DNA from: an uncultured bacterium
GTDB taxonomy: Bacteria; Hinthialibacterota; Hinthialibacteria; OLB16
DNA length: 64,000 nt
Assembly (NCBI GenBank): GCA_964481775.1
Contig: CAYZUX010000008.1
Location: 169-64,168 of the forward strand
Reading direction: 5' to 3'
This document shows, piece after piece, positions 10,939 through 20,531 of the stretch (the stretch's first letter is position 1; every line of letters starts with the position of its first letter). A program made the translations under genes and the position numbers. The notes beneath the pieces were generated by a model. The model was not told the DNA's origin. It did no database searches and worked only from the letters and a program-made list of their open reading frames with translations.

Positions 10939-11670
10939 TTAGCATGGGAGCGCTGAAGTCTCACCCCACACGGCGCGTTGGATGACCGCTTTCTCCAATC
11001 CCCGCAGATTCCCAGTCCGTTTTCCGCAACAGATTTCGTCTTTCAAATTTCCGGGGACTGGCACCGATAATCCATGCAGCTCGCAAACACCTTCCCATAA
11101 AATCTCAAGGTCCTCCAACCGTTCACTCAAGGAAGGAAGACATATTTCAAGACAGCGGATTCGTGAAAGCAGATCCGGCCGGAACTGTCCCAGGCGGGCT
11201 TCCTGCTCGAGGTCTCTGTTTGTGGCGCAGATCAGGCGCACATCAATTTGTCTGAGTGCTTGTGCCCCCAGGCGTTCAAGCCTTCCCCGGTCCAAAATTT
11301 TGAGCAGCATGGGTTGGACCAGGGGATCGAGCTCACCAATCTCATCAAGGAACAGAGTTCCTCCATGAGCCAGCTCGAAACATCCCTTGTGAAGTCGATC
11401 CGCCCCGGTGAAAGCTCCCTTCTCATGCCCAAACAGGAGCGAGTGAACCATGGAATTTCCATTCCAGCAGGAAGCATTGACCTCGATGAAGGGAGCCCGA
11501 TGGCGTGGGGAAAGATGGTGGATCCATTCGGCCGCAGCTTGCTTTCCGGTCCCGGACTCTCCCGTCAGCAGGATCGGGTAGTGAGTTTTCGCCGCCCGGC
11601 TGAGAAGCTCCCGTGTCTGCACAATGGCAGGGCTGTCACCCCGCAGGGGAAAGGGAATAAGCATAGGCAC
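10939..11670 (-). CDS. Stand-alone sigma-54 interaction (bEBP AAA+) domain protein, no sensor domain and no HTH
   Basis: Walker A GESGTGKQ, GAFTGA loop, Walker B LFLDEI and FRPDLLSRI. The protein ends just after a degenerate sensor II (GNLRGLE). SD AAGGAGG precedes the GTG start. Confidence 0.88.
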   Translation of the reverse strand: MPMLIPFPLRGDSPAIVQTRELLSRAAKTHYPILLTGESGTGKQAAAEWIHHLSPRHRAPFIEVNASCWNGNSMVHSLLFGHEKGAFTGADRLHKGCFELAHGGTLFLDEIGELDPLVQPMLLKILDRGRLERLGAQALRQIDVRLICATNRDLEQEARLGQFRPDLLSRIRCLEICLPSLSERLEDLEILWEGVCELHGLSVPVPGNLKDEICCGKRTGNLRGLEKAVIQRAVWGETSALPC

Positions 11671-12020
11671 AGAACCTCCTTTTTCTTATGCGGGAAACCT
11701 GTCACAGCACGGAACCAAGGGGGAAGAACGGGAGTTGGGGAGGGGGGAACGGGGGTATGCGAGGGATGGGTTCTCCCCAGAATGAATGGAAAAAAACCAT
11801 TGACGGATGTCTTCAGCGGGTTGAAACTGAACGGCAACGCGGGGGAATCCACTTATAGGGCTCTCTACCATCTCCCCGCAGGTTTCTTCGCTGTCTGATC
11901 GTGAGCTTTCATACACACTTGATCGTCACAACTCGGTTCAGGAAAAAAACGCCAGACAGAGAATGGATGGACTCATATCCCAGAGTCATATCGATCTACT
12001 TCGGTCAGGGAGGTTACACC

Positions 12021-13355
12021 GTGTCTTTACGGATCAGAATGATCATTGTTGGTTTGGTTTTGGCTGTTTTACATCCACTGACACAAGCCGCACCCGTGGA
12101 TGTCGATGGAGATGGGAGAGTCGGCCCGCAGGAAGTCATTGACCTGTCGCAGCATTGGAAGGGTCTAGCCTCTCCGCAGCCATGGCAAATCAACGGATCC
12201 TCGATTTTCTACAACACCGGCAATGTCGGCATCGGGACGGCAACACCAGAGACGAAGCTGCATGTTAAAGGTACCTCCTGGTTCCAAGGAGACAATACGC
12301 CATTGCCGTTTAGTGCTGGCAAAGGGATCGCAATTGGATTCGCGGGCGAGCAGGGATACATCTTCGGATTTGATTACACGAACTTCCTGCCAAAGAACCT
12401 TCTGTTGCAGAACCCGGGAGGCAATGTCGGTATTGGAACGCTCAGTCCAACCAGTGGCAGGTTGCATGTCGAGGGCGGAAATAGTTCTGCCGTTTTTGGA
12501 AATTCGACCGGAGGATCAGGATTGGTAGGGCAAAGCAGCACGAACAACGGAGTATACGGCTACAGCGGCTCAGGCAACGGGGTTTTCGGCTTCAGCAGCT
12601 CAGGCAACGGGTTTTACGGTTACAGCGGCTCAGGCTTCGGTGTCGAAGGACTGAGCAACAGTCACATCGGTGTCTATGGTCACTCGTCTGGTCCCTTGTC
12701 AGGAGGTGTTCTTGGCATTGCACCCTATATCGGCGTCCAAGGTAGTGCGACCGGTTCGGATGTGAATCGCCAGGCGGTTCGTGGCGATAACGGAGGAAGC
12801 GCCACAGGTTATGCGGGGCTGTTTAACGGCAATACATGGGTGGTGGGAACTCTGACCAAGAATGCAGGATCCTTCAAGATTGATCACCCACTCGATCCGG
12901 AAAACAAATATTTGTCCCACTCTTTTGTTGAAAGCCCGGACATGATGAATATCTACAACGGGAACATTGTAACCGACAACAAAGGCTATGCTGAGATTGT
13001 CCTGCCTGAATGGTTCGAGGCTCTCAACAGGGACTTCCGCTATCAACTCACCGTGCTGGACGACCAGGACAGCGCGGATTTCGTTCAGGCGAAGGTTGTC
13101 AGGAAGGTCATCGCCAACAAGTTCACGATCCGTACCAGCCGTCCGGGCGTGGAGGTTTCCTGGCAAGTGACCGGTATCCGGCAGGATGCATGGGCAAATG
13201 CCCATCGTATCGCCGTGGAGGAAGACAAGTTAGAGGGCGAAAAAGGAAAATATGTCAACCCGGGTGTGTTCGGACAATCACGGGAAAAGGGCTTGCCCGC
13301 CATAGTCTCAGGAACCGATAAGCTGCAGCTGACCCAAGAACAAGAGGGACGATGA
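12021..13355 (+). CDS. Secreted fibre/adhesin-like protein: dockerin/EF-hand-like motif, GNVGIGT repeats, Gly-rich repeats and C-terminal FKIDHPLDP domain
   Basis: SD GGGAGG 7 nt before GTG 12021 and a signal peptide. Contains DVDGDGRVGPQEVIDLSQHW, two GNVGIGT..P...LHV.G units, (NGVYGYSGSG)n repeats and GSFKIDHPLDPENKYLSHSFVESPDMMNIYNG. Confidence 0.75.
   Translation: MSLRIRMIIVGLVLAVLHPLTQAAPVDVDGDGRVGPQEVIDLSQHWKGLASPQPWQINGSSIFYNTGNVGIGTATPETKLHVKGTSWFQGDNTPLPFSAGKGIAIGFAGEQGYIFGFDYTNFLPKNLLLQNPGGNVGIGTLSPTSGRLHVEGGNSSAVFGNSTGGSGLVGQSSTNNGVYGYSGSGNGVFGFSSSGNGFYGYSGSGFGVEGLSNSHIGVYGHSSGPLSGGVLGIAPYIGVQGSATGSDVNRQAVRGDNGGSATGYAGLFNGNTWVVGTLTKNAGSFKIDHPLDPENKYLSHSFVESPDMMNIYNGNIVTDNKGYAEIVLPEWFEALNRDFRYQLTVLDDQDSADFVQAKVVRKVIANKFTIRTSRPGVEVSWQVTGIRQDAWANAHRIAVEEDKLEGEKGKYVNPGVFGQSREKGLPAIVSGTDKLQLTQEQEGR
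12545..12634 (+). repeat. 3 x 30-bp in-frame tandem repeat (NGVYGYSGSG / NGVFGFSSSG / NGFYGYSGSG)
   Basis: Units start at 12545, 12575 and 12605 with pattern caacgg..t...cgg.t.cagc.gctcagg. Confidence 0.9.
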
Positions 13356-13450
13356 TCCTGGTCATCATTCATTTGCTGAGGAAGGAAGGTCAGGACAACC
13401 TGAAAGAGCGAACAGATACACTCCTCCGGCGATTGGGGAAAGTTGCTTTA

Positions 13451-15466
13451 TTAAAGCAGCTTCCGTAATTCCAACCCTTCAACCCCGATGAGGAGTTCGG
13501 TATGCGCATCCAGCCAGTCTTTGGGCGGCCAGCCCTGGCTGGGGTCTCCGATGCGCACATTAGAACGAAACCCCGGCTGGACTTCCGGAGGGGGGGCAGG
13601 CTCTCTTCCTTGGGTTGTGTCTGGCGGGTTTCCATCCAGAATGAGATGGGTGAAACCCATTTCCTTCAGCTTACCGGAAATGGGCTCCCAGCTTCCATAT
13701 TGCCTCAGCAGTTGCGGTAAAAGCTCTTCCTCGTAATCACAGACGCAATACACCCGCCGGGGGATGCCAAAGGGATATCGCACCCCGTGTCCCAGGATAT
13801 AACTGCCCTCCGGGACCAGCGAGGGGAGAGCTTTCCAGACCTTCTTGTGACCGGGGTGTTCGTTGTAGCGTTGCAGAAATTCCTCATGTCCCGCACGGGT
13901 AAGATAAGGCCTTCCATACCAGTTCACCAGTCCGCACCAGCGGGTCTGGAAATTCAGCATGGTCAAGGCCAGGGCCACCGCCACAATTCCCCGGAAAAGT
14001 TGAGGCCTGGAGGTCAAACCGAACACCGCACTCAGTTGTATCCCCGCCAGGACGGCCGCGAGGGGATAACTGACCGAGAAAAAGCGGTTGATATGAGCTC
14101 CATAAATGAAGAAAAAAATCAGGTTCGCCGCCAGTCCCGCCCAGGCATGGCCACGCCACTCAGGGATGGAAAGGAAAACTCCAGCAATCGAGGTCCCCAG
14201 AAAAAGAAGCAGCAGATAATCCCCTTCGAAAACAGACCATCGGATCTTTGCACGGTATCCCAGGAAGACCCTGAAGGGAGTGAATCCCCCTTGTGCGGCA
14301 GCGGCTTCCTTTGGATCGGAGCTTGCCAGGTCATTTCCAGGTTCGTTGTAATAGAAATTGGTTTTGTGTTCGTACTCGAAAAGCCGTTGGGCGATAGCAT
14401 CATAGGGAGGAGGGCTGGGGAAGAGCTTTCCGAGCATTGGGTAAAGTGGATTTCCGGTACAGAGAGCATTCTTGGCCATCCAGGGTGTGAAGAGGAGGAT
14501 TGTCAGAGCGCCGAATGAGACAAGCGGTTTCAGGAGCCATCGAGAGGTTTCTTGATCAGTCTGCCTCCGGAAAAACACTCCCTTCCAGATCAGGTAAACC
14601 AGCAGCAAGGGGGTGACAAAGGCAGGAGCCACCAGTTTTGTTCCCCAAGCCAGGCCATTGAACACCCCCGCCAGGAACACGCTGGGATACCATGTTTCCG
14701 GAGTGGCCCGTGCGAGGAAGTAAAATCCCAATGCCAGGAACAATGCCACTGGTACATCCGAACCGGCCTCCATGGGGGAACGGACATACACACCACCCAC
14801 TGCCACGAGATACAGCAAGGCGCTCAGATATCCCACTCGACGATCCAGCATGCGTGACCATGTCAGCAGAGTCAAAAGCAACACCACCAGCATGCTCCAC
14901 TGAACCAGCTTGCAGAGCATCTCGCTGCCCAAGCCGAGGCACAGAAGATAAATCATCTCGGCGTTATAAGGAAAATTCCCATGCAAGAGGTTCGGAGTGG
15001 CATGGATGTAATGGGCAATCAGGTATTGACGCGGCATGGTGAGGTGATAGGTGAGTTCATCCTGTCCAAAAGTGGGAAGGAAACAACCGAGCATGTGGAA
15101 GGACAGGATACCGGCCAGGATGACCACCATCAGCCATTCACTCCGGTCCGTTGGTTTGAGGAGATGAGGCAGCTCGGACCATGCTACTGAGCGCCGGTTC
15201 CGCCAGAAGAGGAGGAGCCCCCCAGCCAGAACCAGCCACATCACCGGGAGGTAAAGCAGGTGTAGCGTTCCCAGAAGGAGCACCCCCATCGCCACTACTC
15301 CCAATCCGAGTCCATATCCGGCGAGTAGGGTGGGGCTTGCCCCACCGGTGTCAGGGGTGAGGTGGATTTTATTCAGCCAACGCAAGGTCTCGAAGCCAAA
15401 TCCAAGGAGACAGGCCACCACCAAGGGGAAAAGCGGAATGTCGCACCACAGAGGGAGCGGAGACAT
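13451..15466 (-). CDS. Polytopic membrane glycosyltransferase, GT-C fold (family 39/ArnT-like)
   Basis: More than 10 hydrophobic segments, luminal DELTYHL motif and HGNFPYN after an early TM, GLAWGTKL, and a soluble C-terminal domain. Confidence 0.7.
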   Translation of the reverse strand: MSPLPLWCDIPLFPLVVACLLGFGFETLRWLNKIHLTPDTGGASPTLLAGYGLGLGVVAMGVLLLGTLHLLYLPVMWLVLAGGLLLFWRNRRSVAWSELPHLLKPTDRSEWLMVVILAGILSFHMLGCFLPTFGQDELTYHLTMPRQYLIAHYIHATPNLLHGNFPYNAEMIYLLCLGLGSEMLCKLVQWSMLVVLLLTLLTWSRMLDRRVGYLSALLYLVAVGGVYVRSPMEAGSDVPVALFLALGFYFLARATPETWYPSVFLAGVFNGLAWGTKLVAPAFVTPLLLVYLIWKGVFFRRQTDQETSRWLLKPLVSFGALTILLFTPWMAKNALCTGNPLYPMLGKLFPSPPPYDAIAQRLFEYEHKTNFYYNEPGNDLASSDPKEAAAAQGGFTPFRVFLGYRAKIRWSVFEGDYLLLLFLGTSIAGVFLSIPEWRGHAWAGLAANLIFFFIYGAHINRFFSVSYPLAAVLAGIQLSAVFGLTSRPQLFRGIVAVALALTMLNFQTRWCGLVNWYGRPYLTRAGHEEFLQRYNEHPGHKKVWKALPSLVPEGSYILGHGVRYPFGIPRRVYCVCDYEEELLPQLLRQYGSWEPISGKLKEMGFTHLILDGNPPDTTQGREPAPPPEVQPGFRSNVRIGDPSQGWPPKDWLDAHTELLIGVEGLELRKLL
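15325..15346. repeat. REP family A copy (GTAGGGTGGGGCTTGCCCCACC) inside the GT-C CDS
   Basis: 22/22 identical to the REP at 24767-24788; read in frame on the minus strand as GGASPTL. Confidence 0.85.
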
Positions 15467-15570
15467 GGGGGCATTATCGAAAGGGGATACTATCCTGGCA
15501 ACACATCACCCCTCTGGCCAGATTCCCTTTGCTCAGTCTAGAGTGTGTATATGTACACCGATGCACCTGA

Positions 15571-18315
15571 ATGATCGATTATACGGATCTGGTGAAGGAG
15601 TCTTCCATGTTAAGGCAAACCCGCCTTTCCTCCATTTTTTTATTGAACAGACCAGGAATCATCCAGGGTCTTATCCTGTTGCTGCAGTTGAGTCTCTGTC
15701 CTGAAGTTCTGGCCGCTGATGACAATGGGGCATATCCCGGTACTACGGTACTGGCCCACAATCGGGACTACACCTTTGGCTTTTACCCATACGGCTGGCG
15801 TGGAACCGATCCACGCGGAAACCGTATCTTTGCGGTCCAAACCAATGCGTATGGCCTTTGGGTGAATGCTTCGAAAGCTCGTGTTGAGCGGCTTGGAGCT
15901 TTTCCCCAGGGGGTGAGCGAGGAAGAGGCAGTAGGTCAGGGGAATGAAGTCCTTCTTGGATTACCGGAGACCAGTTTGACCTTTTCCGTCTCGATCCAGG
16001 GCGAAACCTATGAAGCGGTCTCGGCAGTCCCCGCTCTGGACCGGCTTCTGATCAAACGTACCGGAAGGTATGTCCAGCATTTCGAACTCCTCGATGTGGC
16101 CCTGAAAAAAGAGGATGGAACGACACTTCCGGATGTCAACGCCAAGCTGGTTTTCTACTGCTGGCCGGATCGTTTTTCGGTCACGCTTTCTCTGACTCCT
16201 GTTCAGGTTGCTCTCAATGAGGTCAGGTTCTCCATGTCCCTGTATGCGGCAGAGAGCTTTCTCAGGCTCTGGCTTTGGAAAGATGGAGGCTTTGTGGAGG
16301 GGGTGCCTAGAGGAAGCTCCTCTTATGGGCTGGTGGCTTTGACCGAACCGGGCGATTCGGGAATCGCGCTGATTAACCCAACTCCGCAGAGCCAGAAACT
16401 CCGGGTTGTGTCATCCCAGCGGGTTGTCTGTGAGAGCCTCTCAGCAGCGGCTGTGTCCAAAGCCAGCGAGATCACCTTTTCAATAGTGGCAACTGCTTCC
16501 AAACAGGAACTGTCTCATTGGGTCGACAGAGAAATCGAGGCAATGCTGTCTCCCTTGGCAGCCGCGGATATCACCGCCTCGGCTACTGGGCCTGTCACTG
16601 GTATCCAACCGGTCCATTATGATCCCGTGACCGGAGAGTACAGGATTCTGACACCCTCCAAGAACAACCACTACAGCCAGGTGGAGCGGATCCTCCTGCA
16701 CCTGGCCAATCCTTCCGCAATCCCGCGCACCTTACGGCTTCATTTCTACAAAGATTCGACTCTCGGGGGCGGTTTCTCCATTACAGGCATGTCACCCCTC
16801 TTGAGGGACCTGAACGGTCTCCCCATCGCCCTGCCAGTTCAGATTTCGAAGAACTGGCATGTGAATCCTTCCTGGTTCAGTGGCTTAACCATGCTTTCGC
16901 TGGACCCGGACCAGCAGGTGGATCTGGAGTATGATCTGACCTATGCCTACTGGGGGAAGCGTGATATGGAGAATCCCCTTCCGGCGGTTTCTCATGCGCA
17001 CTTGTGCCTGGAGGGATATGGTGGAAACCAGCAGTGGGATCAGCTGGCGATTGGCTCTTTCGGGGAGAGCATCTGCTATGACCCGGATGTGAATTTGAAG
17101 CGGGCCATGGGCGATGACATCCGTCCCTTGATGGTACGTAGCATGGATGCCAAAAGCCCCCAGTGGACTTGGACCAACAACGTGGGCGGACTCGATTTCC
17201 TGGTCTATTACAAAAACAACCAGAAACAATTCCTTTCTCGCCAGAAAACCCTCTTCAGCCGTTATTGCCCAGTTCTGACTGATGTCACCTATGCCGGGGA
17301 AACTCCCGATGGAGCAGTCCAGTCAAGGATCAGGACTCAGACCTGGCGCACCGATGACTATGTGCGAGGACTTTATACGATTCGGTATGATGTCGTGGCT
17401 CCAGTCGACAACCTGACAAGATTAGCGTTCTTCCAGATGGGAGCGGATGGGTACAACACCAATCCGTTCGACAAGTTCGCGCGTGGAAGCCTGGCTGGTC
17501 TGGAGGAAACCTGGGATGCCTCCACCACACGGGGAGGTTGGACCTATCACCGGCGAGGGATCGAGCTCACCGGAGAGCAGCCCTGGTTTGCCATGTATGA
17601 GTATGGAGTACCGGAAAAGAATGCAGGGGCCTGGGCTAACCGTGGCGTCATCATCCGCAGCTGGAAAGCGCGGCTGGGTGGAGTGGAGTGTCCCCACCCG
17701 TTTTATTCCGTTTATGGTACGGTGGATGGGAATGTCCCCAGCGCATTGGTGGAGCTCTCGCCACCTGAGGGGTTGACCCGTCTGACAGCAGGTGATTTCG
17801 TGGAGGCAGTGGTGGAGATGATGGTTGTTCCCCAATTCGCCGCGGACTACTATGGTCCCAATCAAAATCTGTCTGCTTTGTTGAATGCACACCCGGACAG
17901 CTGGGAACCGGTTCTCCGGGAGGCTCAAAGCAACAACCTGATTGTCACTGCATTTGGGGGAAGTGTGGAACGGACTCTGCCGGTTGAAATCCGGACGGAG
18001 AATGGTATACAAGTGCGATTTTCCATCACGGGGGGAGTGGGCTTCGTTCCAGTCACTATACGGGGAGTGAGGCGGCAGGGGCCTTTCCAACTGAAGCACA
18101 AATTGAAGGATTATCGATGGGAGAGGATCGACCAGTCTTCCTCTCTTGGGAACGATTGGTGGCAGACCGGTCCTGGAAACAAAGCGGGTGAAGCAGACAT
18201 AACCTTCACCGTACAACTGGAAAATCCAGACGGCCAAATCAGCACCCATGAATTCGAGTGGTCCTTGTGGGATGACCCCACGGAAGACAGGAAGCGAAAA
18301 CCAGCATCAGGATAA
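15571..18315 (+). CDS. Large secreted protein of unknown function (possibly carbohydrate-active)
   Basis: 914-codon ORF with a signal-peptide-like N-terminus (start may be ATG 15607). Trp/Tyr/Asp-rich core (HAHLCLEGYGGNQQWDQLAIGSFGESICYDPD); no family motif recognised. Confidence 0.75.
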   Translation: MIDYTDLVKESSMLRQTRLSSIFLLNRPGIIQGLILLLQLSLCPEVLAADDNGAYPGTTVLAHNRDYTFGFYPYGWRGTDPRGNRIFAVQTNAYGLWVNASKARVERLGAFPQGVSEEEAVGQGNEVLLGLPETSLTFSVSIQGETYEAVSAVPALDRLLIKRTGRYVQHFELLDVALKKEDGTTLPDVNAKLVFYCWPDRFSVTLSLTPVQVALNEVRFSMSLYAAESFLRLWLWKDGGFVEGVPRGSSSYGLVALTEPGDSGIALINPTPQSQKLRVVSSQRVVCESLSAAAVSKASEITFSIVATASKQELSHWVDREIEAMLSPLAAADITASATGPVTGIQPVHYDPVTGEYRILTPSKNNHYSQVERILLHLANPSAIPRTLRLHFYKDSTLGGGFSITGMSPLLRDLNGLPIALPVQISKNWHVNPSWFSGLTMLSLDPDQQVDLEYDLTYAYWGKRDMENPLPAVSHAHLCLEGYGGNQQWDQLAIGSFGESICYDPDVNLKRAMGDDIRPLMVRSMDAKSPQWTWTNNVGGLDFLVYYKNNQKQFLSRQKTLFSRYCPVLTDVTYAGETPDGAVQSRIRTQTWRTDDYVRGLYTIRYDVVAPVDNLTRLAFFQMGADGYNTNPFDKFARGSLAGLEETWDASTTRGGWTYHRRGIELTGEQPWFAMYEYGVPEKNAGAWANRGVIIRSWKARLGGVECPHPFYSVYGTVDGNVPSALVELSPPEGLTRLTAGDFVEAVVEMMVVPQFAADYYGPNQNLSALLNAHPDSWEPVLREAQSNNLIVTAFGGSVERTLPVEIRTENGIQVRFSITGGVGFVPVTIRGVRRQGPFQLKHKLKDYRWERIDQSSSLGNDWWQTGPGNKAGEADITFTVQLENPDGQISTHEFEWSLWDDPTEDRKRKPASG

Positions 18316-18345
18316 CAAAAGCCTTCAGGGAGAAGGAAATTACAA

Positions 18346-18834
18346 ATGAAAGAAGCACTCAAGATCGAGATTGAGGATCGGAATCCGCTCACGATTGTCC
18401 ATCTGTTCGGGGCATTGGCGGCGATGGAGGTTTACAGGGTCAAGGCGATGACGGATGCCTGGCTCCGTGAAGGCAGGAAATACATCGCCCTTGACATGGT
18501 CTATGTCAGTTTTCTGGATAGTGCCGGTATCGGACTTCTCCTCCAACTGCGCAATAACTGTCAGTCCGCGGGAGGGGGAATGGTTCTGGTCCGTTCGGCG
18601 GAGAACCAGGTGATGCGGACCCTTGAAACCGCCTCGATTGAGAAACTGATCCCTTTTTTCAATGATCTGCAGAATGCACTCAATTATATTCAAACTACAT
18701 TCGGTATTTGTTTGACACCGACCCCAGCTTCGTCTCCCTCGGGGGATCTCGAGGAGACCCTCAGGAGCCTGGCTGTACGTCTTGGGCGAGTGGAAGAACG
18801 ACTCGGACGAATTGAGGCCAAACTGGAGGTGTAG
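18346..18834 (+). CDS. STAS-domain protein (anti-sigma antagonist type) with C-terminal coiled coil
   Basis: VSFLDSAGIGLL retains the phospho-Ser motif; C-terminal heptads LRSLAVRLGRVEERLGRIEAKL. Confidence 0.85.
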   Translation: MKEALKIEIEDRNPLTIVHLFGALAAMEVYRVKAMTDAWLREGRKYIALDMVYVSFLDSAGIGLLLQLRNNCQSAGGGMVLVRSAENQVMRTLETASIEKLIPFFNDLQNALNYIQTTFGICLTPTPASSPSGDLEETLRSLAVRLGRVEERLGRIEAKLEV

Positions 18835-18839
18835 AAAAG

Positions 18840-19370
18840 TTACAGGCTGTAGATGTCCGGAAGATTACGGAACCGTTCCGATAGATCGAGTCCATACCCA
18901 ACCACCCAGACATCCGGAACACGCAGCCCCACAAAATCCGGAAGGCATCCGGCACGTGAACGTGCTCCCTCTTTTTCGAGAAGGTACACCCAACGCAAAC
19001 TTGCAGGTTGGTGAAGCTCCAGGGCCTGTTTCAGAGCCTGATAAGTATGACCCTGGTCCAGGATATCATCGGCCACCAACAAGTCCTTTCCCGCCAGTTC
19101 CACCTCCCCCGTGAAAATGACCCGGGAATCTTTCACAGCCGTGGTTCCATGGGGGTAAGTGACCACACGGATCCATTCGACCGGAGGATCGAGTGTCATC
19201 TGACGAAGTAAATCGGAGACAAAATGAACAGCGCCCTTGAGCACCCCGACAACCACCAGGTCTGAATTCTGATAGAAAGCATCGGTTTCCCGGGCGAGTG
19301 TCTGGACACTCTCCTGGATCTGGGTGGAGCTGACCAAGAGCTGAGCAGAGCCGGGTAGTTGGGATTGCAT
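18840..19370 (-). CDS. hpt: Hypoxanthine-guanine phosphoribosyltransferase
   Basis: VVVGVLKGAVHFVSDL, PRPP motif LVADDILDQGHT and WVVGYGLDLSERFRNLP. Start at ATG 19370; the ORF-track extension to 20381 is antisense to the next gene. Confidence 0.92.
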   Translation of the reverse strand: MQSQLPGSAQLLVSSTQIQESVQTLARETDAFYQNSDLVVVGVLKGAVHFVSDLLRQMTLDPPVEWIRVVTYPHGTTAVKDSRVIFTGEVELAGKDLLVADDILDQGHTYQALKQALELHQPASLRWVYLLEKEGARSRAGCLPDFVGLRVPDVWVVGYGLDLSERFRNLPDIYSL

Positions 19371-19535
19371 GGGGAGAAAGGGTACATGGGTGCGAAAAAA
19401 TGAAGAAGATGTTTGAAGCGGCGCCGGTATTGTGGTAAGGTCGATCCTTCTTTGGGATTGGTGGGTTTGTTCTTTCATTTGGCGCTTCGTTATGGAAGTG
19501 CTGACTTGTCTTAAGCCACAAGGAGGAGGATATCC

Positions 19536-20531
19536 ATGTCCTCTCGCAGGTCTCACGTCATCACTTTGTTGTTGGGCAGTCTCCTCGTTTTCGCACCCAT
19601 GACCGGATATGGTTTTGATGAACCGCCGATCAACCTCGGTTTCACCTCCTTCATGGATGGTGGTCCGCCATCGGGCCCCGGCTGGTATTTCTCTCAATAC
19701 ATGTAGTACTGGAATGACAATCAATTTGCAAACTCGCGCGGCGGTGACCTTCAAATCCCGATCTTTGGTGAAAATGGACAGGTCATCGGACTGGAAGACG
19801 ACCTGAAGCTGGATGCCTGGGTTGGGTTGAGCCAGTTGATCTACCAGTCCAACCAGGAGGTCTTCTGTGGCGCCAAGTGGGGTATGAACCTGATTGTTCC
19901 CGAGGTCTGGTTGGACCTGAACACCGGCAAATCCGACTTTCTCAATGAGAACAGTTTTGGAGTGGGGGATCTCTGGGTAGGGCCTTATCTTCAGTGGGAT
20001 CCGATCATGGGCAAGGATGGCCCGATCTTCATGCACCGGATCGAGTTCCAGTTGATCATGCCAACGGGTGACTATGATGAGGATCTGGCACTCAATGCGG
20101 GAAGCAATCACTTCTCCTTTGATCCCTACTGGGCCGGGACCTACTTCTTCACTCCCAAGCTGACTGCTTCCTGGCGCCTGCATTACCTGTGGAATGACGA
20201 AAATGAGGATCCCAATCCCTTCCTCTACCCCGGGGCCGATACAGTGCAACCCGGCCAGGCTGTCCACGTCAACTTTGCCACTGATTACGAGGTGATCCCG
20301 AAGACCATGCGGGTGGGTATCAATGGTTACTACATGGACCAGATCACCGACACCAAGATGGATGGCCATGATGTGCCCCATAGCCAGGAGAGAGTTTTCG
20401 CGATTGGTCCCGGTCTGCTTTATTCAATGGATAAGGACAATCACCTCTTCCTCAATGTCTATTTCGAAACCGGAGCGGAGAACCGTCCGGAAGGCGAACG
20501 CTTTACGGTCCGTTATGTGAGGCATTTCTAA
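19536..20531 (+). pseudogene. SphA/MetA-pathway (phenol degradation-like) outer-membrane beta-barrel, interrupted by in-frame TAG at codon 57
   Basis: SD AGGAGGAGG, ATG 19536, signal peptide, [28 protein letters not shown](19704)-YWND. The same frame continues into ORF 19827-20531 and ends in a terminal Phe (YVRHF). Confidence 0.8.

Noticed and set aside
12545-12634. CRISPR-like array
   Set aside because: The 30-bp units are contiguous with no spacers, keep the reading frame, and no cas genes are present.
19371-20381. 513-aa N-terminally extended Hpt fusion from the ORF track
   Set aside because: The extension is the antisense shadow of the SphA-like gene; Hpt homology starts at ATG 19370.
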